From assembly GCA_039805465.1 (NCBI GenBank), contig JBDLUD010000001.1, positions 3,164 through 67,163 of the forward strand: 64,000 nucleotides of DNA, read 5' to 3'. Source of the DNA: Pseudomonadota bacterium (GTDB lineage: Bacteria; Pseudomonadota; Gammaproteobacteria; Burkholderiales; Burkholderiaceae). A program made the position numbers and the translations under genes. Position 1 is the first letter of the stretch; each line of letters starts with the position of its first letter. The notes below the pieces were generated by a model, which ran no database searches, was not told the origin of the DNA, and was given only the letters and a program-made list of their open reading frames with translations. This document shows positions 20,360 to 30,560 of the stretch, in pieces.

Positions 20360-21199
20360 CTAACTTAAAGTCGTGATCACAGGGGCGTGATCAGATGGCT
20401 GCTCCCAAGCTCTAGGAGTTTTATCAATAGTGCTTGCGATGCAGTCATTTTTCAATGCTTCACTCAGAAGAATGTGGTCAATGCGAACACCCGCGTTTCT
20501 TCTGAAGCCCATCATCCGATAGTCCCACCAACTAAAGCTTTTTGGTGCCTGCTCAAAAAGACGATAGCTGTCGTAAAAACCCATTTCAATCAGACCAGAA
20601 AAAGCATCTCGCTCATCTTGGGATACCAAATTTTGACCTTCCCAAGCTTTTGGATCATGCACATCCTGATCTTCAGGCGCAATGTTGTAATCCCCAAGCA
20701 AAGCAATCCTTGAATGCTCTTCCATCTCTTCACTGAGCCAATCATGCAATCCAGCCAACCAATCAAGCTTATAGGCAAACTTTTCAGTACCTGGGGCTTG
20801 CCCATTCGGGAAATAAGCCGAAATAATTCTGATTGGGGCTCTGCCATTAAAAGCCACCGTTGCAGCCAATAAGCGCTGTTGCTCATCGGCAAATTTGGGG
20901 TTATTTTTAATAGGTGATAAAAATGCAGTTTGTACATCTTGAGCTATTGCAGCCAAAGATGATTTGCGCAAAAGAATAGCAACGCCGTTATAAGTTTTTT
21001 GTCCTGCCACCAATGAGTAATAGCCTGCGGCTTCCAACTCTGCAAACGGAAATTTATCTTCTGTGAGTTTGAGCTCTTGAAGACATAAAGCATCGATGGG
21101 TGCCTTTAGAGCATCTTGTGCAGCTAACCACTGCAAAAGATGAGGTAGACGAACTTTGATGGAATTGACATTCCAAGTAGCAAGACGAATAGCAGACAT
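20360..21199 (-). CDS. xth: Exodeoxyribonuclease III
   Basis: ATWNVNS, LQELK, YNGVA, GDYNIAP, RIDHIL, SDHAPV. Confidence 0.95.
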   Translation of the reverse strand: MSAIRLATWNVNSIKVRLPHLLQWLAAQDALKAPIDALCLQELKLTEDKFPFAELEAAGYYSLVAGQKTYNGVAILLRKSSLAAIAQDVQTAFLSPIKNNPKFADEQQRLLAATVAFNGRAPIRIISAYFPNGQAPGTEKFAYKLDWLAGLHDWLSEEMEEHSRIALLGDYNIAPEDQDVHDPKAWEGQNLVSQDERDAFSGLIEMGFYDSYRLFEQAPKSFSWWDYRMMGFRRNAGVRIDHILLSEALKNDCIASTIDKTPRAWEQPSDHAPVITTLS

Positions 21200-21260
21200 A
21201 AATAGGTTTAATTCAAAATAATCGTTCTATTATGAACGCACTCAAGATGGCTGAATTAAT

Positions 21261-22706
21261 TTAAGTATCAATGCCCAGTTCTTGAAGTTTTCTGGTGATC
21301 GTATTTCTGCCAATCCCTAAACGCTCTGCAGCTTCAACGCGACGACCCCTGGTGACCTCCAATGCTGCTGTTAAGACAGCTTTCTCAAATTTGGTCTCCA
21401 AAATATTGAATACATCTCGGCCGCCGTCTTGTAAAAGTTGCTTAGCCAATAAAGCGAGACCAGATTCCCAATCTCCTGAATTTGATGTTTTAATTTTTGC
21501 CAAAATATCAGTGGTAACACCTTCTGGCAAATCAGCTCCGATCTCAATCGCATCTGGTGGCAGATCTTGTGCGCCAATCACCTGAGCTGGGGCCATTACG
21601 GTCAACCAGTGACATAAATTTTCTAGCTGTCTGACGTTGCCAGGAAATGGTAATTGAGCAATGGCTAGTAAAGCATCATCAGATAGACGTTTAGGATCCA
21701 TGCTCAAGGATTTTGCAGAAGTCTGCATAAAGTGACGAGCCAACAAAGGAATGTCTTCCTTGCGCTCTCTTAAGGACGGCAAGCGCAAACGAATGACGTT
21801 CAAACGATGGAATAAGTCTTCTCTGAATAAACCTTCAGCAACACGGGCTTCTAAATTTTGGTGAGTGGCAGCAATCACACGGACATTCGATTTCAGAGAA
21901 TCATGACCACCCACTCTGTAGAAATGCCCATCCGACAAAACACGAAGTAAACGTGTTTGTAGGTCGAATGGCATGTCACCGATTTCATCTAAAAATAAGG
22001 TGCCGCCTTCGGCCTGCTCAAAACGACCACGCCTCATGGTTTGAGCTCCTGTGAAGGCACCTCTTTCATGACCAAATAATTCAGACTCTAGTAAATCTTT
22101 TGGAATGGCTGCTGTATTTAAGGCAATGAATGGGCCGCCTGCTCTTGGGCTGTGTTTATGCAAAGCTCTTGCTACAAGCTCTTTACCAGTGCCAGATTCG
22201 CCTGTAATTAACACAGTGACGTTTGATTGGGATAAGCGTCCAATAACCCTGAAGACATCCTGCATTGCAGGAGCCTGACCAAGAATCTCAGTGGTTTCTT
22301 GCATGCGCACTGCGCCATCTTGCGTTTGATTCTGCAATCTCAGACTTTCATCGACTGCTCGACGAATCAGCTCAATTGATTTGGTAATATCAAATGGCTT
22401 GGTGATGTACTCAAATGCACCACCTTGGAAAGATGAAACCGCTGAATCAAGATCTGAATAAGCTGTCATGATGATCACAGGCACATGCGGGTGCTCTGCT
22501 TTGACCTGCTGTAAAAGATCAATGCCATTGCCTCGCGGCATACGAATATCAGAAATTAAAACCTGTGGTTCTTCTTTTTTATCAAAAGCATCTAAAACAT
22601 CTTGAGGATTGCTGAAGCTCCGATAAGGCATGTTCTCGCGTTGCAATGCTTTCTCCAACACCCAACGTATTGATTGATCATCATCCACAATCCAAATAGG
22701 CTTCAT
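21261..22706 (-). CDS. ntrC: Nitrogen regulation protein NtrC
   Basis: Receiver domain, [14 protein letters not shown], Fis-type [14 protein letters not shown]. Confidence 0.97.
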   Translation of the reverse strand: MKPIWIVDDDQSIRWVLEKALQRENMPYRSFSNPQDVLDAFDKKEEPQVLISDIRMPRGNGIDLLQQVKAEHPHVPVIIMTAYSDLDSAVSSFQGGAFEYITKPFDITKSIELIRRAVDESLRLQNQTQDGAVRMQETTEILGQAPAMQDVFRVIGRLSQSNVTVLITGESGTGKELVARALHKHSPRAGGPFIALNTAAIPKDLLESELFGHERGAFTGAQTMRRGRFEQAEGGTLFLDEIGDMPFDLQTRLLRVLSDGHFYRVGGHDSLKSNVRVIAATHQNLEARVAEGLFREDLFHRLNVIRLRLPSLRERKEDIPLLARHFMQTSAKSLSMDPKRLSDDALLAIAQLPFPGNVRQLENLCHWLTVMAPAQVIGAQDLPPDAIEIGADLPEGVTTDILAKIKTSNSGDWESGLALLAKQLLQDGGRDVFNILETKFEKAVLTAALEVTRGRRVEAAERLGIGRNTITRKLQELGIDT

Positions 22707-22721
22707 ATCGACATCCGATTC

Positions 22722-23852
22722 TTATTGTTTTCCTTCCGCTTTTAAGCGGAAAGGTAATTGCATTTGAAAGTCAGTTGTTCCAGGCTTACTGGTACAACCG
22801 ATAAAACCATAATTCTGTTGCACATAGGTTTGCGCCAAAGTCAGCCCTAAACCACTACCACCCTCTTTACCTGAGACCAAAGGAAAGAAGATTTTGTCCT
22901 TGATTTCATCAGGTATGCCAGGCCCGTTATCAATCACATGCAAATCTAATGCCAGTTTGTAACGTTGCTTATTAATAGTGACATTGCGAACCACCCTGGT
23001 AGTCAGTTCTATCTCAGCATCACCCTGCTCGATCCTGGTTCTGAGGGCCTGAGCCGCGTTATGCACAACGTTCAATACCGCTTGAATTAAAGCTTCTTTG
23101 TCACCCAAAAGATCGGGCAGACTGATGTCGTAATTTCTTTTGATCTTTAGACCGCTGGGGAATTCAGCCAACACCAAGCTCCTGACTCGCTCAAGCACTT
23201 CATGAATATTGAGGAAATCATCAATATGAGCCTTCCTGTGCGGAGCCAGTAAGCGATCAACCAAACTTTGAAGTCGATCAGACTCTTTAATGATGACCTG
23301 CGTATATTCATGCAGGGCCTTATCAGGTAATTCATACTCTAAAAGCTGTGCTGCACCCCTGATTCCACCCAAAGGATTTTTGATCTCATGGGCCAAATTA
23401 CGCATCAAAGTCTTATTAGCTTCAACCTGTTGCACCAAGCGATCATCTCGCTCACTGCGCAACTGCTGCTCTAAGGGAAACCATTCAATCAGGAGTAAAT
23501 CAGGATGATTGAGTGCCCCAACCACCACATGGGCATTGATGGGGTCATGATCGGCTCTCGCCGGCCCTGAGTTCAAAATCAAATCTTGGCGCTGAGATGC
23601 AACCTCTTCAGTTTTAATTGCATCAAGCATTTGAAAAAGCTCTGGGTTATGCCCAAACAAATCATGCAAGCTCATCCCTTCAAGCAATTTACTAGAAAGA
23701 TCAAGACTCACTTCTGCAACTGGGTTTGCATAAACCACCATCTGATGGCTGTGATCAACAATCAGAATCGCATTTGGAAACTCATCCCAAACGCTGTGAG
23801 GAGAAAAAAGGGCAGCTACTGCTGCCCCTTCTTTGCTTGGTTTGCGCAACAT
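22722..23852 (-). CDS. ntrB: Nitrogen regulation sensor kinase NtrB
   Basis: LAHEIKNPLGGIRGAAQLL, DNGPG, GSGLGL; lies between glnA and ntrC. Confidence 0.96.
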   Translation of the reverse strand: MLRKPSKEGAAVAALFSPHSVWDEFPNAILIVDHSHQMVVYANPVAEVSLDLSSKLLEGMSLHDLFGHNPELFQMLDAIKTEEVASQRQDLILNSGPARADHDPINAHVVVGALNHPDLLLIEWFPLEQQLRSERDDRLVQQVEANKTLMRNLAHEIKNPLGGIRGAAQLLEYELPDKALHEYTQVIIKESDRLQSLVDRLLAPHRKAHIDDFLNIHEVLERVRSLVLAEFPSGLKIKRNYDISLPDLLGDKEALIQAVLNVVHNAAQALRTRIEQGDAEIELTTRVVRNVTINKQRYKLALDLHVIDNGPGIPDEIKDKIFFPLVSGKEGGSGLGLTLAQTYVQQNYGFIGCTSKPGTTDFQMQLPFRLKAEGKQ

Positions 23853-23882
23853 ACCTGCGCTCTACCTTCTCTAGTCTCTCGA

Positions 23883-25301
23883 TTAGAGTGAGTAGTACAT
23901 ATCGAACTCGACTGGGTGAGCAGCCATACGGAAGCGAGTAACTTCTTCCATCTTCAATTCGATGTACGCATCTAACATTGAATTTGTGAATACACCACCA
24001 CGAGTCAAGAACTCACGGTCAGCATTCAATGCATCCAATGCTTGATCCAAGCTGTTACATACTGTTGGGATCTTTGCATCTTCTTCTGGTGGCAAGTCAT
24101 ACAAGTTCTTGTCAGCAGCTTCACCTGGATGAATCTTGTTCTGGATACCATCTAAACCTGCCATCATCAATGCTGAGAAGCACAAGTATGGGTTAGCCAA
24201 TGGATCCGGGAAGCGAGTTTCAATACGGCGACCTTTTGGATTTGAAACGTGAGGAATACGGATTGAAGCTGAACGGTTACGTGCTGAGTAAGCCAACTTA
24301 ACTGGAGCTTCGAAACCTGGAACTAAACGCTTGTATGAGTTTGTACCTGGGTTGGTGATCGCGTTCAATGCACGTGCGTGCTTGATGATGCCGCCGATGT
24401 AGTACAAAGCAAGATCTGACAAGCCTGCATAGCCGTTACCAGCGAACAAGTTTTGACCATCTTTCCAGATAGACTGGTGAACGTGCATACCTGAACCGTT
24501 GTCACCAACGATTGGCTTAGGCATGAATGTTGCTGTTTTGCCATAAGCGTGAGCAACGTTTTGAATCACGTACTTTTGTAGGATTGTCCAGTCAGCACGT
24601 TGAACCAATGTGCTAAATCTTGTGCCTAGTTCGTTTTGACCTTGACCAGCCACTTCGTGGTGGTGAACTTCAACAGGAATACCAAGAGATTCCAAAATCA
24701 AACACATTTCAGAACGCATGTCTTGGAATGTATCAACAGGAGCTACTGGGAAGTAACCACCCTTTTTACCTGGACGATGGCCTGTGTTGCCATGTTCAAA
24801 TGTTGTTGCTGATGACCATGGAGCTTCTTCTGATTCAACTTTGAAGAAACAACCTTGCATGTCGTTGCCCCAAGTCACGCTGTCAAATACAAAGAACTCT
24901 GGCTCTGGACCAAAGAAAGCTGTATCACCAATACCAGTGCTCTTTAAATAAGCTTCTGCGCGTTTAGCGATCGAACGTGGGTCACGGTCGTAGCCTTTAC
25001 CATCAGATGGCTCGATCACGTCACATGAAAGAACCAATGTTGGCTCTTCATAGAATGGGTCGATATAAGCTGTTACTGGATCTGGCATCAACAACATGTC
25101 TGATGCTTCAATACCTTTCCAACCAGCAATTGAAGAGCCGTCAAATGCATGACCACTCTCAAATTTATCTTCATCAAAGTGAGACACTGGCACTGAAACG
25201 TGCTGCTCTTTACCTTTGGTATCTGTAAAACGGAAGTCAACAAAAGTAACTTCTTTCTCTTTCGCAAGCTTCATTACATCAGCGACGGTCTTCGTTGTCA
25301 T
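23883..25301 (-). CDS. glnA: Glutamine synthetase type I
   Basis: [33 protein letters not shown] adenylylation site; SD AGGAGA before ATG 25301. Confidence 0.98.
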   Translation of the reverse strand: MTTKTVADVMKLAKEKEVTFVDFRFTDTKGKEQHVSVPVSHFDEDKFESGHAFDGSSIAGWKGIEASDMLLMPDPVTAYIDPFYEEPTLVLSCDVIEPSDGKGYDRDPRSIAKRAEAYLKSTGIGDTAFFGPEPEFFVFDSVTWGNDMQGCFFKVESEEAPWSSATTFEHGNTGHRPGKKGGYFPVAPVDTFQDMRSEMCLILESLGIPVEVHHHEVAGQGQNELGTRFSTLVQRADWTILQKYVIQNVAHAYGKTATFMPKPIVGDNGSGMHVHQSIWKDGQNLFAGNGYAGLSDLALYYIGGIIKHARALNAITNPGTNSYKRLVPGFEAPVKLAYSARNRSASIRIPHVSNPKGRRIETRFPDPLANPYLCFSALMMAGLDGIQNKIHPGEAADKNLYDLPPEEDAKIPTVCNSLDQALDALNADREFLTRGGVFTNSMLDAYIELKMEEVTRFRMAAHPVEFDMYYSL

Positions 25302-25379
25302 GCAAATCTCCTGTTGGTACGATCTCAAATCAGCCACATCACCCTTGATGGAAGATGCGACCCTCTTATTACAAAACTA

Positions 25380-25395
25380 TGCACAAAGCATGCCA
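25380..25395 (-). promoter_or_regulatory. sigma54 (-24/-12) promoter of glnA
   Basis: Minus strand TGGCATGCTTTGTGCA = GG-N10-GC. Confidence 0.85.
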
Positions 25396-25458
25396 AAAGA
25401 CATGCCTCATTTACTTATCAGCATTTTAGGTCAAATCACCCTCTGCAGATCACTCAAA

Positions 25459-25496
25459 TGCCCTTTTTTGGTGCATAAATGCACTAATTTCAGGCA
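25459..25496. promoter_or_regulatory. Tandem NtrC binding sites
   Basis: TGCCCTTTTTTGGTGCA (25459-25475) and TGCACTAATTTCAGGCA (25480-25496) match TGCAC-N7-GTGCA, 21 bp apart, upstream of the sigma54 site. Confidence 0.85.
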
Positions 25497-25505
25497 AATA
25501 CCCCT

Positions 25506-26330
25506 TTAATCACCAGCTTGGGGCAAATCATGAATTTCGAAGCCTAATTTTAAAACACCTTGCTTCAGAAAGGGAAAAGCTTTCTCAACTTCAGCCAAAG
25601 ATCCCTTGAGCCCTAGCTCAATATGACGCTTAGCAAAGACCCCGCCCTTGCGAGGGTCACCCACTGAGGGGAGACTAAAGACTTTCACACCTGCATGTGT
25701 GGCCTCAATCTGCTCCATCAAGGTGGTCAAACTGGCCTCCATACCCAATGGAATGATGAAGCTCTTCTCTACAAAATCAGTCAAATGAAACAAATCTGCA
25801 TAGAGCTCATCCAATACCCAGGCCATCATGGGCGCTGCCATGACTGGAAAACCAGGCAAAAAATGGTGTTCTTTGATCCTAAAACCAGGAATCAGATTGT
25901 ATGAATTTGGAATGATTTCACTGCCGACTGGAAATTCACCCATCTTCATGCGTAAAACATTGTCTGGATTAGATAGATTGGATTTCTCAGCATCACCCTC
26001 AGCCATCGTATTGATTCGTTGCGTGATCAATTCTTTGGCTTCAGGATGCAAAGCCAAAGGCACATTCAAAGCTGCTGCTGCACACTGCCTGGTGTGATCA
26101 TCTGGAGTTGATCCAATGCCGCCGGTACTGAAAACCACATCATCAGTTGCAAAACTCTTTTTCAATACCGCTGTGATTGCCTCGCGGTCATCACCCACAT
26201 ATTCAACTTGATGAAGCGCTAGACCTCTTTCATTGAGAAGCTCAATCATTTTTGACATGTGCTTATCTTGTCTCTTGCCAGAGAGAATTTCATCGCCTAC
26301 AACGATGAGACGAAACTTTTTATGCGTCAT
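25506..26330 (-). CDS. CinA N-terminal-like / molybdopterin-binding domain protein (COG1058-type)
   Basis: IVVGDEILSGKRQD, TGGIGSTPDDHT, FLPGFP. Confidence 0.85.
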   Translation of the reverse strand: MTHKKFRLIVVGDEILSGKRQDKHMSKMIELLNERGLALHQVEYVGDDREAITAVLKKSFATDDVVFSTGGIGSTPDDHTRQCAAAALNVPLALHPEAKELITQRINTMAEGDAEKSNLSNPDNVLRMKMGEFPVGSEIIPNSYNLIPGFRIKEHHFLPGFPVMAAPMMAWVLDELYADLFHLTDFVEKSFIIPLGMEASLTTLMEQIEATHAGVKVFSLPSVGDPRKGGVFAKRHIELGLKGSLAEVEKAFPFLKQGVLKLGFEIHDLPQAGD

Positions 26331-27132
26331 TTAATACAACTCCATTAGTCATTCGATGTTCGCGCAAAGCATTCAATAAATAGTGGGCAAACCAAAGTGC
26401 TGAGAAAATAAAAACCAAAGAATAAATCCACAAAGCAAAGAAAGAAACAATCGGGAAAAATATAAAGGCGATCGCGGATGTTGCCCAAAAGAATGTTGGT
26501 ACAGCCCCCAACATGCCTGAAATAATACCCATCCCCAAGAGACGCCAACGATGCTCGGCAATCAAGGCATCCCTCTCCTCAGCAGTTGCATGAAGAGCGA
26601 GAACGTCATAGCTCATCAACCTCATGGTCAACCAGCCCCAAAGCAATGGAGGCAAGATGGCCACCATGGGTGGAATCCACCAAATGGGCAATGTGATCAA
26701 TAAAAAGAAAAAACAAATGAAGATTGATATCAATGCGTAAACAATGCTTCCCCACACCCCGCCTGCATTGGCTTGATATAGAGATTGATAATGCGTCTGC
26801 TTTGAAAGATGCCTAACAACTGCAGGGATAGATGTAAATGCAACAAAGACCAAAAGCGAAATTGTGATCAATGGAATCAAAACCATGACCAACAACAATG
26901 GTGCCATCACAGCTCTGATTTCATCCCATCCAGTTGCTGACATCACATCAGCAATCCATGCGGTGAGAAATGAGGTGGTGATAAAAATTCTGATGATTTC
27001 TAGCGTGGGCTCCCAGATAAAGAAAAATAAAATGCCCCACGCAATACTGACAAACAAAAATGGACGCAAGCTCAACCAAAGCATCTTTGGATGCATTAGG
27101 CCAATCATTGATAAACCAAGAGCTCTGAACAC
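26320..27132 (-). CDS. EI24/CysZ-like membrane protein
   Basis: Polytopic hydrophobic protein with WGWL..R...YDVLA.HA...ER motif. Confidence 0.7.
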   Translation of the reverse strand: MFRALGLSMIGLMHPKMLWLSLRPFLFVSIAWGILFFFIWEPTLEIIRIFITTSFLTAWIADVMSATGWDEIRAVMAPLLLVMVLIPLITISLLVFVAFTSIPAVVRHLSKQTHYQSLYQANAGGVWGSIVYALISIFICFFFLLITLPIWWIPPMVAILPPLLWGWLTMRLMSYDVLALHATAEERDALIAEHRWRLLGMGIISGMLGAVPTFFWATSAIAFIFFPIVSFFALWIYSLVFIFSALWFAHYLLNALREHRMTNGVVLNDA

Positions 27133-27166
27133 AAAATCCTTTATTTATTTATTTATTGATGAATCA

Positions 27167-28135
27167 TCAAAAAATCTTCTTGAGCTCTCGCAACGAATGC
27201 TTTAAGCCTTGCCATTGATGAGTCACGAGATTCTCGGACACTTCTAGATTTCTAACACCCGTTGGATGAATTTCTTTTGAAAAGATAGCTGTTTTGAACA
27301 ACATGTCCCACCAAGGGAATAAAACGCCAAAATTACAACCACCTAAAACACCCGGTTTACCAGGTGCTTCATGACCCAAACCAATCGCATGGTGATAGCG
27401 ATGGAATTGAGGTGAAATCAATACATACTTAAACCATCCATGATCAAATCTTAAGTTGCCATGTTGCCAACTCTGAATCAATTGACTGATGGCCACTAGC
27501 CACAAGAACTGAATGGGTTCAACACCTATTAGCAAAGCCATCAAAGAAAATACGGCTGAATGCATCAAATCATCCATGACATGATTACGGTTATCACTCC
27601 AAACCGTCATGGTTTTTTGACTATGATGCAAGGCATGCAATTGCCACCACCAATTGAATCGATGAGATGCGCGGTGATAGACGTACTCAGCAAAATCTAA
27701 AATGATCAAATAAATAATGAAGCTGACCCAAGGAATCGAAGTGATCTGTGGGATCCATGTCTCAACATTGAGTTGAATAAAGCGAAGATCATGTAACTGC
27801 GCATCAAACCAAAAAAATAAGCCCGAGAAAAGTAAAAACAAGGCTAATTTAAAAATACCTAAGCGATGTATTAATGTGTAGACAACATCAGACCAAAGAG
27901 CTGTTGATCGCCCTTGTTGACTAAGAGCCTTAACTTCAGCCGGCCAAAAATTCTCGAGGGGACGAAGCACCAAAGCAATCAATAAAACTTGAATGACCCC
28001 CAACATAAACCAATCAAGACCACCGATGGCGTCATCAGCAAACCCCATGCCGCCAAACAAATAGAGCATGGGCAGGACCAACTCCTGCATCAACCACTCT
28101 TGGATGCTGGCATACCAGGTGAATAAGGTGTTCAT
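27167..28135 (-). CDS. Sterol desaturase / fatty acid hydroxylase superfamily protein
   Basis: His boxes HRASH, HALHH, HRYHH; NFGVLFPWWDMLFKT. Confidence 0.9.
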   Translation of the reverse strand: MNTLFTWYASIQEWLMQELVLPMLYLFGGMGFADDAIGGLDWFMLGVIQVLLIALVLRPLENFWPAEVKALSQQGRSTALWSDVVYTLIHRLGIFKLALFLLFSGLFFWFDAQLHDLRFIQLNVETWIPQITSIPWVSFIIYLIILDFAEYVYHRASHRFNWWWQLHALHHSQKTMTVWSDNRNHVMDDLMHSAVFSLMALLIGVEPIQFLWLVAISQLIQSWQHGNLRFDHGWFKYVLISPQFHRYHHAIGLGHEAPGKPGVLGGCNFGVLFPWWDMLFKTAIFSKEIHPTGVRNLEVSENLVTHQWQGLKHSLRELKKIF

Positions 28136-28929
28136 GGCTTCATTATTCTAGAAATTTGCCGGTGCTGCTGAATCCCTAAAACGGTATCGAAACAATGGCC
28201 TTTTTTCTTCAAGCCGACGATCAGAGGCTCTAATACTGCTGGGGCCCAAGGGTCTTTCCTGGACCATATTCCTAAATGAGCCATGGCAACATCTCCTGGC
28301 TTTAAGGATTTCAGTGCTTTATCTAAAAGGTGTTGATTTGAGAATTTCTCAGAACTTAATTCATCGCCCAAAAAACCAGCTTCTGACCAAGCAACATGGG
28401 TATAACCACAAATATGGCCCATCTCAATGTAATTTGGGGATACCTTGCCACCAGGAGCACGCCAAATTTTGTTCAATGGAGAGCCCGTCATTTTTTGAAA
28501 GCGCTCATTGACCAACTGTAATTCACTGCACAAAGCGCCTTGACTGGTCGTGATGATTTTGTCTGCGTGAGGTCCAAATTGAGCTTTGGTTTTAGCAGAA
28601 TTATTTTCAGCATCTTTCACGAAATAAGTATGGTGGTAGGTGTGATTACCAAAAGCATGCCCATCTTTTTTCAGTGATTTCCAAAACTCAGACCATGAGT
28701 CATCTAAAGAGTAATCACCACGCTTGGTTTTTTCGTTGGCCAAAAAAAATGTGGCTTTGACGTCATGCTTTTTCAATACCCCAGCAACATACTCAGCAAC
28801 ATCCATATTGCCAGTATCAAAAGTCAGATAAATGGGTTTTTCACAAGTCGATGCATGAGCACTGGTTGAAAATAACAAAACGATGGCGATTTTTTTCAAC
28901 TGAGTGCGATGACTGGTGAAATATTTCAA
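28132..28929 (-). CDS. Exported polysaccharide deacetylase (CE4/NodB-like)
   Basis: Signal peptide, YLTFDTG, ATFF, GNHTYHH, WRAPGG, MAHLG. Confidence 0.85.
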   Translation of the reverse strand: MKYFTSHRTQLKKIAIVLLFSTSAHASTCEKPIYLTFDTGNMDVAEYVAGVLKKHDVKATFFLANEKTKRGDYSLDDSWSEFWKSLKKDGHAFGNHTYHHTYFVKDAENNSAKTKAQFGPHADKIITTSQGALCSELQLVNERFQKMTGSPLNKIWRAPGGKVSPNYIEMGHICGYTHVAWSEAGFLGDELSSEKFSNQHLLDKALKSLKPGDVAMAHLGIWSRKDPWAPAVLEPLIVGLKKKGHCFDTVLGIQQHRQISRIMKP

Positions 28930-28932
28930 GCC

Positions 28933-29934
28933 TTACTCCCAGGCAGCATTCGAGTGAAAGAAAATACCGTGAGGACTTTTACCCACAGGGATGGTGGCAA
29001 CCAATTTTCTGCTCGCAATATCAATGATGCCCACCTTCTTGGCAAATCTGAAGGTGACCCAAAGCTCTTTGCCATCAGCCGTGATATCCATACAGTCTGG
29101 GCCAGAAGGCAAACCTTTGATGTCAGCAACTTTCTCCAACTTTTCCATGTCAATGATGCTGATGGTTGAATCAACACGGTTTGTTAAAAAGATATGGCGT
29201 TTATCACCCAAAGGTCTAAAGTTATGAGCACCTTTGCCAGTTTTAATTTCTTTAATAATCTTTTGTTGCTTCCAGTCCACCACCTGCACTATGTCAGAAC
29301 CGGTTAAACCAATTAACAGATGCTTATCTCCAGGAGTCATCCAAACACCAGCAGGCATTTTTCCAATTGGCATTCTCCAAACAATCTCTTGGGAAGCCAA
29401 ATTAATAGCAATCAGTTCATTAGAGTCTTGCAAAGTCACAAAGGTGAGTTTGCTGTCATTGGTAAATGCTATGTGACTTGGAGTCTTGGCTGCTTTAACA
29501 ATTTTCACCAATTTTAATTCTTGATTATTAGCGGCATAAATATCCACCCTGTCTAAGCGGTTACCAGCAGCAACAAACCACTTCTTATTTGGCGAGTAGC
29601 CGATGTGATACGGATCAACGATATTCGGTAAGCGTGATTGAATGTCACCAGTCTTGGGATCCAGAAACACCACATCATCGCCAGCCGCATTGGCCACCAA
29701 AACTGATTTTTGATCTGGAGTAATCATCAAATGATGAGGCTCTTTTCCAATTGGAAAGGTTTTATAAACAGCCCTTTTATCCATGTCGATGAGACTAACA
29801 CTGGCCTCACCTGAGTTAAGGACGATGGCTGTGCGCTTCACAGGCTCTGCAGCTTGAACCGTGAGCCCAGACATCAACAGTAGCAAAGCTAGAAAACGAG
29901 GAATAGTGAGTTTTAAATTGGATGAATTGTGCAT
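28933..29934 (-). CDS. Exported YncE/YVTN-type beta-propeller protein
   Basis: Signal peptide; repeated blades (SVSLID...IGKEPHH, STISIID, IPVGKSPHGI). Confidence 0.85.
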   Translation of the reverse strand: MHNSSNLKLTIPRFLALLLLMSGLTVQAAEPVKRTAIVLNSGEASVSLIDMDKRAVYKTFPIGKEPHHLMITPDQKSVLVANAAGDDVVFLDPKTGDIQSRLPNIVDPYHIGYSPNKKWFVAAGNRLDRVDIYAANNQELKLVKIVKAAKTPSHIAFTNDSKLTFVTLQDSNELIAINLASQEIVWRMPIGKMPAGVWMTPGDKHLLIGLTGSDIVQVVDWKQQKIIKEIKTGKGAHNFRPLGDKRHIFLTNRVDSTISIIDMEKLEKVADIKGLPSGPDCMDITADGKELWVTFRFAKKVGIIDIASRKLVATIPVGKSPHGIFFHSNAAWE

Positions 29935-30045
29935 CTTGAGATTTTAAGACCCAAAATGCCAAAATTACTAAAACCTTAATAGATTTATTGATTTGCCACA
30001 AAATCTATAAAAATTACCTCTTGGAATCAAGCAGTACTATTTTGC

Positions 30046-30240
30046 CTAGTGCACAAAACCATGTTGAATGATTGCAACCATCACAATTATCCCAAAGGAT
30101 CCAATCATCCACTTCAAGGCCTTTATTTCTGTCTTTACCTCGAATATTGCAGCCTTTAGCTCGAATGATATTTTTTCTAAATCTCGTTTGGTGGCTTGGC
30201 CAACAAACTGGATATCGAGAATCCCTTTAAGCATGGTCAT
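30046..30240 (-). CDS. Short DUF1640-like coiled-coil protein with C-terminal TM, lacking the head domain
   Basis: ATKRDL neck, heptad stalk, LKWMIG then hydrophobic helix; TAATG coupling with the upstream paralog. Confidence 0.65.
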   Translation of the reverse strand: MTMLKGILDIQFVGQATKRDLEKISFELKAAIFEVKTEIKALKWMIGSFGIIVMVAIIQHGFVH

Positions 30241-30500
30241 TAATGAATGAAATTATGCTGGATCAATGAGGCAACAATAGCAGCCATGACAAATCCAATC
30301 ATCCACCGTAATAAGTGAATTTCACCCTTTAGCTCCATCTTAACTTCTCGTATATCGCTCTTAGTTGCTAAATGGTCTGAATTTTGACTAAATATTTCTT
30401 GAAGTTCTTTAGATATGGTGATGGCCTGCTTTTCTTCCATTCCAGCCTTCGACATTTCTTTGTAAAACTTTAAGGTATCAAAAGTAACCATGCGCCTCAT
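30240..30500 (-). CDS. DUF1640/CCDC90-like membrane-anchored coiled-coil protein
   Basis: FDTLKF...AGMEEKQA head, LATKSDI neck, coiled coil, LRWMIG plus TM. Start 30500 or 30491. Confidence 0.8.
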   Translation of the reverse strand: MRRMVTFDTLKFYKEMSKAGMEEKQAITISKELQEIFSQNSDHLATKSDIREVKMELKGEIHLLRWMIGFVMAAIVASLIQHNFIH

Positions 30501-30539
30501 CCCTATTTACTTATTATTTACATAAGTATACAGCTGAGC

Positions 30540-30559
30540 AAAACCTCAAAAAATTGAGG
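30540..30559 (-). terminator. Possible weak terminator after hrpA
   Basis: Minus strand CCTCAA-TTTT-TTGAGG-TTTT immediately after the hrpA stop. Confidence 0.4.
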
Positions 30560-30560
30560 A

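Noticed and set aside
29990-30560. Prophage or IS boundary around the DUF1640-like pair
   Set aside because: No integrase or transposase remnant, terminal inverted repeats or target-site duplication visible.
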